The notes under the pieces were generated by a model that was not told the DNA's origin, ran no database searches, and worked only from the letters and a program-made list of their open reading frames with translations. Positions 8,005-17,370 of a stretch of DNA of 44,829 bases are shown piece after piece (position 1 is the first letter of the stretch; every line of letters starts with the position of its first letter). The position numbers and the translations under genes were made by a program. Source of the stretch: Escherichia phage VB_EcoS-Golestan. Location: sequence record NC_042084.1. One strand, 5' to 3'.

Positions 8005-8184
8005 ATGGCAGATAATTATGTAATCCGCGAAAAGTACACCCACGTTGATGTTGTTGACGGTCAGGTGATGCCTGTTCGCGGTGCGGTAGAAGCGGAAGAA
8101 CTGGTTGCAACACAACCGGACAACGAAGAAGCGCACAACAACGGTGGTGGTACTAAGCGACGTCGCCGTAAGTCAGAGGAATAA
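8005..8184 (+). CDS. 59-aa protein with basic C-terminus
   Basis: SD AAGGAAAGG precedes ATG 8005. The ORF ends ...GGGTKRRRRKSEE. It fills the gap between flanking genes and is below the track cutoff. Confidence 0.45.
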   Translation: MADNYVIREKYTHVDVVDGQVMPVRGAVEAEELVATQPDNEEAHNNGGGTKRRRRKSEE

Positions 8185-8187
8185 TTT

Positions 8188-8700
8188 ATGCCGCTAATCG
8201 TGGAAGATGGGTCGATAGTACCTAACGCTGACAGTTACGTTAGTCTGGCTGACGCCCGCGCGTTAGCGGCTAATTATGGCCTGGAGCTACCGGAAGACGA
8301 TACTGCCACCGAAGTAGCCTTGCGCAACGGCGCTACTTATGTCGGGCTTGCAGAACCGCAGATGTGCGGCCGCCGTGTGTCCGCCGAGCAGTCCCTGGCG
8401 TACCCACGTACGGGAACAACACTAAACGGCTTCACCGTAGCTGATAATGTTATCCCACCGCAGTTAATCCGGGCGCAGGTAATCGCCGCTGTTACGTATG
8501 GAGCGGGCACTGATGTTCGGGCTAACTCCGATGGACGTTCCGTGCAGACCGAGCGTGTAGAGGGTGCGGTAACAGTTACCTACTTCAACAACGGCAACAG
8601 CGGGGCCACAACCGCGATCACCGCCGCTGACGACGCCTTACGCCCGTTACTGTGTGGTGGTCTTAACAACGGCTTCTCATTTAATGTGTACCGGGGTTAA
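8188..8700 (+). CDS. head-tail adaptor/connector protein
   Basis: The N-terminus MPLIVEDGSIVPNADSYVSLADARALA resembles the DnaT-like/gp6-like connector family as remembered. The position lies between head and neck genes. Confidence 0.55.
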   Translation: MPLIVEDGSIVPNADSYVSLADARALAANYGLELPEDDTATEVALRNGATYVGLAEPQMCGRRVSAEQSLAYPRTGTTLNGFTVADNVIPPQLIRAQVIAAVTYGAGTDVRANSDGRSVQTERVEGAVTVTYFNNGNSGATTAITAADDALRPLLCGGLNNGFSFNVYRG

Positions 8701-8702
8701 AA

Positions 8703-9317
8703 ATGGCGAAGACTAAATCAGAGATGTTTACTCTTATCGGCGCAAACCTCCCCGATAACACTACCGGGCTTATTACCCCAGCAGCGTTGCGCGAGGTAAT
8801 GACACAGATGGCTGACTCACCTATTTACGCCACTCCAGGTGTTAAAGAGGTTGAAGTTCTCCGTGCCACGTCTACGGTAACCCAAGCGCCTACCGCGGTA
8901 GATACGGCATTGCAGTTAACTTTCGGTGCAGCTCAGGGTAGTGCATCCGACCCGGTAATGATTAATGCTGCGGGGCTGGTTACATTCAACACCGCCGGTA
9001 ACCACGCCGTTCGCATCAAGTTACAGGCAGGCCGCACAGGTGCCAGCGGAACGTCTATCCTGTTATCACGCATTCTTCTGAACGGTGCTCAGTACGGCTC
9101 ACCTGCCGCCACGAAACTGGTAAGCGCGGACACCACAATCCCGATTGAATCTCGCGTTGTTATTAACCCAACAGCAGGCCAGACGTTTGCCGTTCAGATT
9201 ATGCGGGATAGCGTCGGAACTAACTTCGGTGGTGTATACCCGCAAGCGGCTACCGTAACCGCATGGGGTACAGCCCCGTCCGCGTTGCTGGTTATTTCGA
9301 GACTGGAGGCCGCCTGA
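8703..9317 (+). CDS. virion structural protein, unknown role
   Basis: 204-aa ORF in the connector block. The N-terminal motif LPDNTTGLITPAALREV is of a kind seen in fibre or structural proteins. Confidence 0.4.
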   Translation: MAKTKSEMFTLIGANLPDNTTGLITPAALREVMTQMADSPIYATPGVKEVEVLRATSTVTQAPTAVDTALQLTFGAAQGSASDPVMINAAGLVTFNTAGNHAVRIKLQAGRTGASGTSILLSRILLNGAQYGSPAATKLVSADTTIPIESRVVINPTAGQTFAVQIMRDSVGTNFGGVYPQAATVTAWGTAPSALLVISRLEAA

Positions 9318-9676
9318 TGAGCACCGCTTTCAGTAAACGTATGCAAGGCGTGGGTACACGCCTGCTAACCAAATTCGGCAGCACGGTATCTCTGGTTCGT
9401 GCTGGCTCGAAAGTGTGGGATGAAGTTCTCGGTGAGTACGTCTGGTCTGCGGATGAAGTGTTGCCGTTGAAAGCGGTTCCGGTTCCGGTTAATGCTGGAC
9501 TGGTAAACGGTTCGACGATTCAGGCGGCCGACATGATTGTTAAAGCCGATTACAGCGTCGTTCCGAAGATGGAAGACAAGGTTCAGTTTAGCGGCGCGCA
9601 ATGGTCTATCGTAGCTATCGAGACGAAGATGGTTAACGATGATGTCGTGGCATATTTTATTCAGGTGAGAAAATGA
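9317..9676 (+). CDS. head closure / head-tail joining protein
   Basis: ATG 9317 overlaps the upstream TGA. The 119-aa size and position are typical of this role. Confidence 0.45.
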   Translation: MSTAFSKRMQGVGTRLLTKFGSTVSLVRAGSKVWDEVLGEYVWSADEVLPLKAVPVPVNAGLVNGSTIQAADMIVKADYSVVPKMEDKVQFSGAQWSIVAIETKMVNDDVVAYFIQVRK

Positions 9677-10068
9677 GTTTCGCGCTTGATGTCTCTAAGT
9701 TCGTGGAAAAGGCGAAGAAGAACCCTGAGAAGGTGATGCGTCAGGTGTCTATCAAGCTGTTTTCCGCTATTATAAAGGCGAGTCCGGTAGATACTGGTCG
9801 GTTTCGCATGAACTGGATGGCATCTGGCGGTACTCCTGCTTCCGGGATTACGGATGCTACGGATAAATCAGGAAACACAGCAACCGGAAACGCTACAAGT
9901 TTCGTGCTGAAAGCCACCGACTGGCATGAGTTCACGCTGACAAATAACCTGCCGTATGCACAACGGCTGGAGTATGGCTGGTCGCAACAGGCCCCGCAAG
10001 GATTCGTCAGGACTAACGTGTCCCGCTTCCAGCAACTCATTAACGAAGAAGCTAGCAAGGTGAGATGA
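9673..10068 (+). CDS. neck/tail completion protein (HK97 gp10-like)
   Basis: Motifs SPVDTGRFRMNW and LPYAQRLEYGWS match the gp10-like family as remembered. Confidence 0.6.
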   Translation: MSFALDVSKFVEKAKKNPEKVMRQVSIKLFSAIIKASPVDTGRFRMNWMASGGTPASGITDATDKSGNTATGNATSFVLKATDWHEFTLTNNLPYAQRLEYGWSQQAPQGFVRTNVSRFQQLINEEASKVR

Positions 10069-10481
10069 TGGGCTACTTTGAGGACTTAACAAAAGCGTTT
10101 GATGTGCCGCTGGTAGCCTTCGGAACCACCAACGGCATCAAGGTAGCGCTTGAAAACATCGACGCGCCGACGTCAACAGATACGCCGTATCTGGCAAGTT
10201 ACATGTTGCTGGCGGATACCGAGCAGGCTGACTTATTCTTCACGGAACAACGCGCCGGTGTCTATCAGATAGACATTAACTACACATCGGTGAAAGGTAG
10301 CGCGCCAATCAATAAAATGGCAGACTTACTTAACACGGCGTTTAAATCAGGTAAGTCATTTTCACGTAACGACATCTGCGCCGAGGTTCAATCGGTTAGC
10401 CTGGGGCCGCTGATTGTAGAAAACGGATGGGCCAAAAGACCATTGTCAATTAACTTTATTGCATTCACCAAGAGGCTGTGA
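10065..10481 (+). CDS. tail terminator protein
   Basis: 138-aa ORF immediately upstream of the major tail gene, with coupled start and stop. Confidence 0.5.
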   Translation: MMGYFEDLTKAFDVPLVAFGTTNGIKVALENIDAPTSTDTPYLASYMLLADTEQADLFFTEQRAGVYQIDINYTSVKGSAPINKMADLLNTAFKSGKSFSRNDICAEVQSVSLGPLIVENGWAKRPLSINFIAFTKRL

Positions 10482-11650
10482 ATATGGCTACAACTCCTTT
10501 TAAGGGCGCGAATACCGCGCAATTCTATGTGGCGGAAACTACCCCGGGCGTAACACCGGCTAACCCGGTATGGTCGCCACTGCGTAACACAGGCGGCGTT
10601 CCTGCCATTACCCGTGACACGCTGACCTCCAACGAACTGGACGGCAGCCGCGAAACTACATCCATCCGCACCGGTAACAAGCAGGTTAGCGGTGAATATG
10701 CTATTGAGCTTAGCTCGAAAAGCCAGGATGACTGGCTAGCCGGGGCTTTAGGCTCTACGTGGCAGGCTGGCGTATCTCTGTCAGGGCTATCGATTACCGT
10801 CGCACCGGCTGGCAAGACGTTCACACGTGCCACCGGCAGCTTTATCACTGACAGAGTTGGGGTAGGCGACCTGATTGCGTTTACCGATTTAACTGGCGAT
10901 AATGCAAAACCATTTATTGTTACTGCAGTAACGGCTACGGTTGTTACTGGTGCAGGCATCCAACACACCCTGACCACCGAGACAAAAACTAGTAAGGCTA
11001 AAACTGGCGACACGCTGGAAACCGGTAATACGTGTAAGACGTTCTCTATCCTTACCTGGTACAAAGGCCAGTGCGGCGGTACTGACGCGTACACGTTAAC
11101 CAAAGGCGTGGAAGTTTCTGGTTTTACCATCGAACAGGCTGTTAACGCGATGGTAACTGGCAGCTTCCCATTCATCGGTCGCAGTCAGGAGATTCTCACC
11201 ACGCCGCCGACCGGTTCCAACTTCTCATCTGTTACTTTTGGTGATGAGCCGTTTTCTTCGGTTGACGTTTCCGTGTTCGATGGTTCTACGCCGTTGCGAT
11301 GCGACAGTCTGACTATCACCAACGATAACAGCGCGTCCGCGCAGTTCGAACTTGGTAACACTAACGTAGCGTTTGTTGAGCGTAGCCGCGCGGCTAACAC
11401 TTTCTCCATCTCCGGCAAGCTGTACGACATGGCGATGATTCAGAAGTTTATCAACGAACAGCAGGTAGAGATTAACTCTATTCTGGCGGGGGTAAACGGG
11501 GCTATGTCTTTCAGTTTGAAACGCGCAGAGCTTACAGCAGTAACACCAGAGATTGGCGGACCCGAGTCAATCACTCAGTCCATTGAGGGGCAGGCCACCG
11601 GCAACCAGTACCAGTCGTCTATCGTAATTCAACGTATCACCTACGCATAA
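10478..11650 (+). CDS. major tail protein
   Basis: 390-aa T/G/S-rich ORF after the terminator-protein gene, followed by a strong bidirectional terminator. Confidence 0.65.
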   Translation: MNMATTPFKGANTAQFYVAETTPGVTPANPVWSPLRNTGGVPAITRDTLTSNELDGSRETTSIRTGNKQVSGEYAIELSSKSQDDWLAGALGSTWQAGVSLSGLSITVAPAGKTFTRATGSFITDRVGVGDLIAFTDLTGDNAKPFIVTAVTATVVTGAGIQHTLTTETKTSKAKTGDTLETGNTCKTFSILTWYKGQCGGTDAYTLTKGVEVSGFTIEQAVNAMVTGSFPFIGRSQEILTTPPTGSNFSSVTFGDEPFSSVDVSVFDGSTPLRCDSLTITNDNSASAQFELGNTNVAFVERSRAANTFSISGKLYDMAMIQKFINEQQVEINSILAGVNGAMSFSLKRAELTAVTPEIGGPESITQSIEGQATGNQYQSSIVIQRITYA

Positions 11651-11654
11651 AACT

Positions 11655-11680
11655 AAGGCCCCTTTCGGGGCCTTTTTCTT
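11655..11680. terminator. bidirectional terminator AAGGCCCC-TTTC-GGGGCCTT
   Basis: Flanked by A and T tracts and lies between convergent genes. Confidence 0.75.
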
Positions 11681-12233
11681 ACAAACCTAATTTTAAAGCA
11701 ATGTCTATAACGTTCGATTTAACGTCACCCGGTATGATGTAGGTGTCGTAATCTTTTACACCACTAACATCATACAGATAGCCACGGCTATCGCCGATGA
11801 ACGTATAGCCGTCACGATGGAGGCGAACGATTTGCACGTCATGCCCTGCGGCGACGATAGGGGTAACTTCGCTGGCGAACCCACCATCGGACACCACAAA
11901 AACTTCGCCGCCGTCGGGCAAGTTCCCGGAAAGATACTTACCGAAATAATCATCGCCGAATACCGGTTTAACGAATTGCTCAGAAATGGCAATCATGAAC
12001 TGGCGACGAGATAACCCATTAAGGAAATCTTCTGGCTTTTCTTTCCGCGCCCGGTCGTCGTAGCCGTCGAGAAAGTCGTGGTAAGCATCCTGGCCTAACG
12101 CTGCCAAAGCAATATTGAACATCGGATTCTTGAAACGGGTAGTTCCTTTCGCAAAGCCCATCTCTACCAGCGCCCTAGCAAGTGTGTCTTTCCCACAACC
12201 AGCAGGGCCATTAAGAATAATTACCTTAGCCAT
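11679..12233 (-). CDS. P-loop kinase (T4 gp1 dNMP-kinase-like)
   Basis: The Walker A LNGPAGCGKDT and overall layout resemble T4 gp1 as remembered. It is the last gene of the leftward cassette. Confidence 0.55.
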   Translation of the reverse strand: MAKVIILNGPAGCGKDTLARALVEMGFAKGTTRFKNPMFNIALAALGQDAYHDFLDGYDDRARKEKPEDFLNGLSRRQFMIAISEQFVKPVFGDDYFGKYLSGNLPDGGEVFVVSDGGFASEVTPIVAAGHDVQIVRLHRDGYTFIGDSRGYLYDVSGVKDYDTYIIPGDVKSNVIDIALKLGL

Positions 12234-12721
12234 TACTTATCACTCCCGTGTGATTTTAAGTGTGTAGAGTCCCCGTTACAGTCGTACTCAGTGACCGCGT
12301 GTGTCGTGATTCCTAAGCCACGGAAATGCTTAATCACCGCGGGAGAGTCGTCGAATGCGCACAAGATTCTTTCCAGTCCGAAAGCACGCAACACCTCTTC
12401 TTTAATTACGATGTCTTTTCTGTTGTCGTGTTTGCTGCGCATGATTAGCGTGTCAAACCTAACGTTATTCTCTCGTAACCATTCGCGAGTCTCCTCCTCA
12501 GCGTCATCACTTCGCCCGGTAAGGATAATTATAGTAAGTCCGGAATGCCACAGTACGCTACACAAATGGATATTGTCGTATATCGGAGCGTCATCTTTGC
12601 AGGCCATGTTAAATGGCTTCCACGCCCACGTTTCTCCGTAGTTATCTTTTGGTAACAGGTGTAAGCGATGGGTACCGTCGGCCAATGTCCCGTCTAAATC
12701 GAAAATTACAATATCTTTCAT
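12233..12721 (-). CDS. HAD-family phosphatase (T4 Pnk 3'-phosphatase-domain-like)
   Basis: Motif I is IFDLDGTLAD. Later motifs are LTGRS, RKD and FDDS. It aligns by eye with the T4 Pnk C-terminal domain. Confidence 0.65.
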   Translation of the reverse strand: MKDIVIFDLDGTLADGTHRLHLLPKDNYGETWAWKPFNMACKDDAPIYDNIHLCSVLWHSGLTIIILTGRSDDAEEETREWLRENNVRFDTLIMRSKHDNRKDIVIKEEVLRAFGLERILCAFDDSPAVIKHFRGLGITTHAVTEYDCNGDSTHLKSHGSDK

Positions 12722-13848
12722 CCCAGCATCTCCGGTGAAATAGTTAAACGTGCGACCTCGCCATATTCGGCGCTATAAGTAATTACATTTGCACTGCGGC
12801 CCGACATCCATCCGCCGCGAGAGGCGTAGGCGTCTTTAGCCGCTAAGGTGCGGTGTTGCTCAACAATCATGTTACGGCTTTCTACAATCTTCTGGTGGTG
12901 CAGATGGCCTACGTGGGCGTAGCTGTAAACACTCTCGCCGAACGCTTTACGGAACTTGGCAATCATAACCGGTTCGATAGCGTCGAATCGTGCTTTATGC
13001 CCGTGATGGAAGAACAGCGTCGTTTTGCCGTGTTGCACCATCTTATAAACATCCGGCGACGTATCGACGAATACACGAGGCTCGTTGTCGTACAGTGTGC
13101 TGAACATCTCCGCCAGCCAAATCATCCCGGATTCGTCGTGGTTCCCCTGAACTATAAGCAAGCGAACAGTTTTATGCTTAACCAGAGCCATATCAACAAC
13201 ACGGCGGACCATGCGAATCATGTAGCGGACAAGTTTCTGGTAACGCGTGTCGGCGTCAAGGACATGACCACTCGCCGGTGTAACGGCGTCAAGACTATCG
13301 AAGTGAGCTAAGTCGCCAAGAAGATTAATAACCCCCGTACCTGCATCCGGTGCTTTCTGAAACGCAGCATCAAACCAACGAGAGAATAAGTCCTCCGCGA
13401 TTTTCATATCCCAGTCGTCGCCGCTCTCGTCAGCCCAGGCTAACATACCGAGATGGAAATCAGACACGGTGTACAGGTTAAGCAGCTTGTCGTCACGTTT
13501 AGCCCGGGCGGCCTTAACTGGCGGAACGGGAGTAATCTCCGACTTCATGCCTTCGACTACGGCTTTCATCAACTCAACCTGACGTTCGGCATCGGTGTCT
13601 GTCTTAACCCACTGCAACTTAGTGTTACCGAACTCGTCCACCAGAGACGACGTGCCTTTAATCTTGTAGCCGTCTGGTACAAGGTGGCTTACGTCCCGCC
13701 CGTGGCCTACGCCTTTCTTAGCCAGCTTCGCTTTACGGATTCGGATAACGCGGTCTGAGATTCCGTATTTACGGGCGATATCGATATTCTTCATCCCGGC
13801 GTTCAATTCTTCCTGTAATTGCTCGTCGGTTATTTTCTTCTGGGCCAT
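12718..13848 (-). CDS. HTH-domain / calcineurin-like metallophosphoesterase fusion
   Basis: An N-terminal HTH-like segment (NIDIARKYGISDRVIRIRK) is followed by phosphoesterase motifs SDFHLG, GDLAHFD, GNHDE, HHGH and GHLHH. SD GAGGAAG lies before ATG 13848. Confidence 0.65.
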   Translation of the reverse strand: MAQKKITDEQLQEELNAGMKNIDIARKYGISDRVIRIRKAKLAKKGVGHGRDVSHLVPDGYKIKGTSSLVDEFGNTKLQWVKTDTDAERQVELMKAVVEGMKSEITPVPPVKAARAKRDDKLLNLYTVSDFHLGMLAWADESGDDWDMKIAEDLFSRWFDAAFQKAPDAGTGVINLLGDLAHFDSLDAVTPASGHVLDADTRYQKLVRYMIRMVRRVVDMALVKHKTVRLLIVQGNHDESGMIWLAEMFSTLYDNEPRVFVDTSPDVYKMVQHGKTTLFFHHGHKARFDAIEPVMIAKFRKAFGESVYSYAHVGHLHHQKIVESRNMIVEQHRTLAAKDAYASRGGWMSGRSANVITYSAEYGEVARLTISPEMLG

Positions 13849-13886
13849 GCTTACTTCCTCGTGTTTAGGATTTGTCTTATAGTAGC

Positions 13887-14078
13887 CTACTTCTCTTTCA
13901 CGTTCGAGTTGCAAGCCCAGATTAAAATGAATACCCACGGCAACAGAATCCACCCGAGAAATAAGTTAGCCATGAATATCGCCAGCTTTGCTTTATGGTT
14001 ACGCATATGGGCCACCAAAAACGGGATAAAATAAACGGCTACAAAAATAATTAAGAAGAACATAGTGATACCGGTCAT
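13887..14078 (-). CDS. superinfection-immunity (Imm-like) membrane protein
   Basis: YFIPFLVAHMRNHKAKLAIFMANLFLGWILLPW matches the Imm-family pattern. AGGAG lies 7 nt before ATG 14078, which is preferred over the track start 14105. Confidence 0.6.
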   Translation of the reverse strand: MTGITMFFLIIFVAVYFIPFLVAHMRNHKAKLAIFMANLFLGWILLPWVFILIWACNSNVKEK

Positions 14079-14120
14079 AACATAACTCCTGATTTGAGAT
14101 AACATCGTCGGTGTAAGTGA

Positions 14121-14149
14121 ATAGTACGCTATTATATTGGGGTGTGCAA
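14121..14149 (-). promoter_or_regulatory. class I promoter TTGCAC-N17-TACTAT
   Basis: Same hexamers and spacing as 4885-4913. It drives the Imm-like / phosphoesterase / phosphatase / kinase cassette. Confidence 0.6.
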
Positions 14150-14164
14150 GTAGTGTGCTAGAAT
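14137..14164 (+). promoter_or_regulatory. candidate promoter TTGGGG-N16-TGcTAGAAT (tail operon restart)
   Basis: Extended -10, divergent from 14121-14149. Confidence 0.35.
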
Positions 14165-14256
14165 AATTTTGCGCCTAGTGTCGCACACGAAAAGCGGGTG
14201 GTTCCCGTCTGGCGCATTTCCTTTAACCAGTAACCTCTTAACCAAAGGATTAAAGA

Positions 14257-14673
14257 ATGAAACTTTCTGATTTTTATTACGAAGCGGAAGCCGAAAAGGG
14301 CGCACGTATGCCGATACCGCTAAAAGACGGTACTGATTCCGGGGAATGGCTTAATGTTGTTTCTCCTGAGGCGGACGTTGCCGTTAAGGCTATGCGCGCG
14401 TTCACCCTTGCATACCGGGCAGTATTAGGGAAATTAAAACCGCTTCGTGATAAGTGCGAAGAGATGAAAGATTTCTCTGAATACAACCTGAAGATGGAAG
14501 ACGCGGCGACGGACCTTAACCGTCAGTTAGCGATTGAATTGGTTAACGGGTGGAGCCTTGACGACGAATTCAATAAAGAGAATCTGAACACACTCCTGAC
14601 GCAATATAAACGACTCGCGGAACTTGTTGTTGTGTTTCATAACGAACAACTGCACCAGCTACAGGAAAAGTAG
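14257..14673 (+). CDS. tail assembly chaperone (G-like)
   Basis: 138-aa ORF immediately upstream of the tape measure gene. It ends at a slippery GGAAAAG followed by TAG. Confidence 0.7.
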   Translation: MKLSDFYYEAEAEKGARMPIPLKDGTDSGEWLNVVSPEADVAVKAMRAFTLAYRAVLGKLKPLRDKCEEMKDFSEYNLKMEDAATDLNRQLAIELVNGWSLDDEFNKENLNTLLTQYKRLAELVVVFHNEQLHQLQEK

Positions 14674-15038
14674 ACGCGTTGCTCCAGTTCGCCCGTTGGA
14701 ACTTCATAACCCGCCACAAACGGCGGGAATTTGACAGTATCGCCGATGGGCATAAAGCCGCGCTAATTGCTATGGGGGTTATGCAAGACGCGCCGGATGC
14801 AACGCAGGCCGCTGGGCCGGAATGCCCCCCTGAGCTACTAACCACATTTGAGAAGTACAGGGAAATTAAATTCACCCGCCGAGTGGACGACGACGGCATC
14901 AAGATGTACCCGCGCGAGCAATTACGATGGTCAGATTTAGTGGCGTACAGCACCGTTTCAGGCCAGAATATAGGGATGTTCGAATCCGACATCATCATGA
15001 GCTTAGACGCTATTTTCGAGGGTAGAAACGATGGCTGA
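14257..15038 (+). CDS. tail assembly chaperone -1 frameshift fusion (GT-like)
   Basis: The -1 frame is open from 14643 to 15038. Slippage on GAA AAG (14665-14670) would continue V-D-A-L-L-Q-F. The product ends overlapping the tape measure start. Confidence 0.5.
14664..14673 (+). other. candidate -1 frameshift site GGAAAAG-TAG
   Basis: Lys codon AAG preceded by AAA in the -1 frame, immediately before the stop. Confidence 0.5.
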
Positions 15039-17370
15039 TGTAGCTAGTTTAGTAGTAAAAGTAACAGAGCAAGGCGCGAAAGCCACATCAGACCGTCTTG
15101 ACAACCTTTCAAAGTCCGCAAAAGTAGCGGGGGCCGCCGTAGCAGGCCTTGCTTCTATCGTAGCGGCTACCGCGTATAAAGCTGCCCAAGAACTGGTTGA
15201 CTCACAGCGGCAACTGGACAAGATGTCCGCCAGTTTGAAGACCTTAACAGGAAGTACCCAAGGTGCTAAACAGGCGCTAAGTATCCTGCAAGATTTTGCC
15301 CGCGATACCCCATACGGACTGGAGCAGGCGGTGGAAGGCTTCCGTAAGCTGGTGGCCCTTGGCCTTACCCCATCCGAGGAGGCGTTGCGGTCCTACGGCA
15401 ATACCGCATCGGCTATGGGCAAGGACCTTAATCAGATGATTGAGGCGGTAGCCGACGCCAGTACGTTTGAGTTCGAACGCCTAAAAGAATTCGGCATCAA
15501 AGCCAAGCAGAACAAAAACGACGTAGAGTTTACATTCCGGGGGACAACAACCGTAGTTAAGAAAAGCGCTGCCGATATTGAGCAGTATTTACTTAATATT
15601 GGTAACGTAAATTTTGCCGGTGCCATGGCGGACCAGGCCAACACCCTTAATGGCGCTATCGCGAGCGCCAGTGACTCATGGTCGCAGCTAAAAATGACGC
15701 TTGCCACCAGTCTTGATGTTGGCGCACTTGCGGAACCTATCAGGTATATCGATGACTTGATCCAGGAATTAAACGCGTCTGTTGCTTCCGGTGAATTAGC
15801 CGCTGAAATGCAGATGTGGGGCGACATAGCGTCGGAAGTAGGAAGCGCTATCGAGATGTCATTCGACGCTGCGTTTGGCTTTGTTGGTGATGCCATCAAC
15901 GGGCTTAATGAACTGTGGGATTTCAGCAGCAAGAGTATTACCGATAGCGGAGAACAAACGGCCACCACCATCGCTGAATCCGCCGCCGATGCTCTTGACT
16001 TCATCGCGGAAGAGTTCACCGCGATGGAGAGATTCTTTGAAGATATGGTTAAAGGTGCTCAGGACGCTGGCCGTCTTGTACGCGCCGCTTTTACCCCCGG
16101 GGAATCAGTAGACGTAGCTAAAAATATCAACTTCCAGCTTGGCATGGCTTTGGATACCCAGCGCGATGTCGCCGACGTTACGCGTAAAAGTTTCCGCGAA
16201 CAGGTAGAAGCTCAACAGGATATTGTAGCGTTAAAACGCGCGGCGTATGACATCGATAAGGAGTCCGCAAAAGCTGAGGGGTTAAACAAATTTAAGGTAA
16301 CCGGAACCGGCGGCGGTTCTGACGATGACGGGTCAGCCGCAAAAGCCGCTAAGAAAGCAGCGGACGCGTTCGAGCGCCAGAAAAAGGCGGCGGAAGACTT
16401 CTACTATCAGTCAATCCATCTTAATGATGACGTATTTCAGAAAATAGAAGCTAACCAGGAAGAGCAACTGTCTAAGTTGCAGGATTTTTATAGCAATAAG
16501 CTTCTTAGCGACCAACAGTACGAAAACGCCAAGACGCAGATTATGCTCTCTGCCGAACAGGCCCGCCAGGAAGAACTGGACAAGAAAAGGAAAGAAGCCC
16601 AGGAGAAGCAGCAGAAAGGTGATGATTTCATGGCTCAGATTATGGGCCAGAACGCCACCGAGCTTGAGCTTCTGGATATTCAGGAACAGCAGAAACTGGC
16701 GGTAGCCGATAAGTACCGGGAACAAGGTCTGATTAGCGAGAAGCAGTATCAGGCTGCGCTTAACGCCATCAACGAGCAGTACGCAACCAAGCGTGCCGAC
16801 GCAACGGCAACAGCTTTCGGTAACATGGCCTCAAACATCGGGTCTGCGTTGGGCGAGGCTTCTGGCGCGTATAAGGCATTCGCTATCGTACAGGCTACTA
16901 TAGCCACGTACACCGCAGCTATTGAGGCATACAAGTCAACGGCTGCTATCCCTGTTGTTGGCCCGTTCCTGGCCCCTGTAGCCGCTGCCGCTGCCGTCGG
17001 GGCAGGTATGGCGCAGATTTCCGCTATCAGGTCAGCACGTGAACAGGGTGGACAGTTATCCGCCGGGCAGGCTTCCACCATCGCTGAACGCGGTAAACCC
17101 GAAGTTATCATGCCCGCTGGCGCATCGCGTGTGCGCACCGCGCAGCAGATGAAAGAAATTATGGGGCAAAACGGGTCTTCTTCCGGCCCATCTAATGTTA
17201 CCATTGTAAATAATACATCGAGTCAGATTGGCAACGTATCCACCGAGCAGGATGATGAAGGCCGTCTGCGTATCATCATAGAAGAGCAAGTTGCTGCATC
17301 TTTGCAGAACAGCAACAGTAAGATTAGCAAGGCCCGCAAGGCCACAAGAAACGCGCCGGGGTTTAAATAA
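15031..17370 (+). CDS. tape measure protein
   Basis: 779-aa helical, A/Q/E-rich protein with a hydrophobic Gly/Ala-rich segment near the C-terminus. The position is canonical. Confidence 0.85.
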   Translation: MADVASLVVKVTEQGAKATSDRLDNLSKSAKVAGAAVAGLASIVAATAYKAAQELVDSQRQLDKMSASLKTLTGSTQGAKQALSILQDFARDTPYGLEQAVEGFRKLVALGLTPSEEALRSYGNTASAMGKDLNQMIEAVADASTFEFERLKEFGIKAKQNKNDVEFTFRGTTTVVKKSAADIEQYLLNIGNVNFAGAMADQANTLNGAIASASDSWSQLKMTLATSLDVGALAEPIRYIDDLIQELNASVASGELAAEMQMWGDIASEVGSAIEMSFDAAFGFVGDAINGLNELWDFSSKSITDSGEQTATTIAESAADALDFIAEEFTAMERFFEDMVKGAQDAGRLVRAAFTPGESVDVAKNINFQLGMALDTQRDVADVTRKSFREQVEAQQDIVALKRAAYDIDKESAKAEGLNKFKVTGTGGGSDDDGSAAKAAKKAADAFERQKKAAEDFYYQSIHLNDDVFQKIEANQEEQLSKLQDFYSNKLLSDQQYENAKTQIMLSAEQARQEELDKKRKEAQEKQQKGDDFMAQIMGQNATELELLDIQEQQKLAVADKYREQGLISEKQYQAALNAINEQYATKRADATATAFGNMASNIGSALGEASGAYKAFAIVQATIATYTAAIEAYKSTAAIPVVGPFLAPVAAAAAVGAGMAQISAIRSAREQGGQLSAGQASTIAERGKPEVIMPAGASRVRTAQQMKEIMGQNGSSSGPSNVTIVNNTSSQIGNVSTEQDDEGRLRIIIEEQVAASLQNSNSKISKARKATRNAPGFK

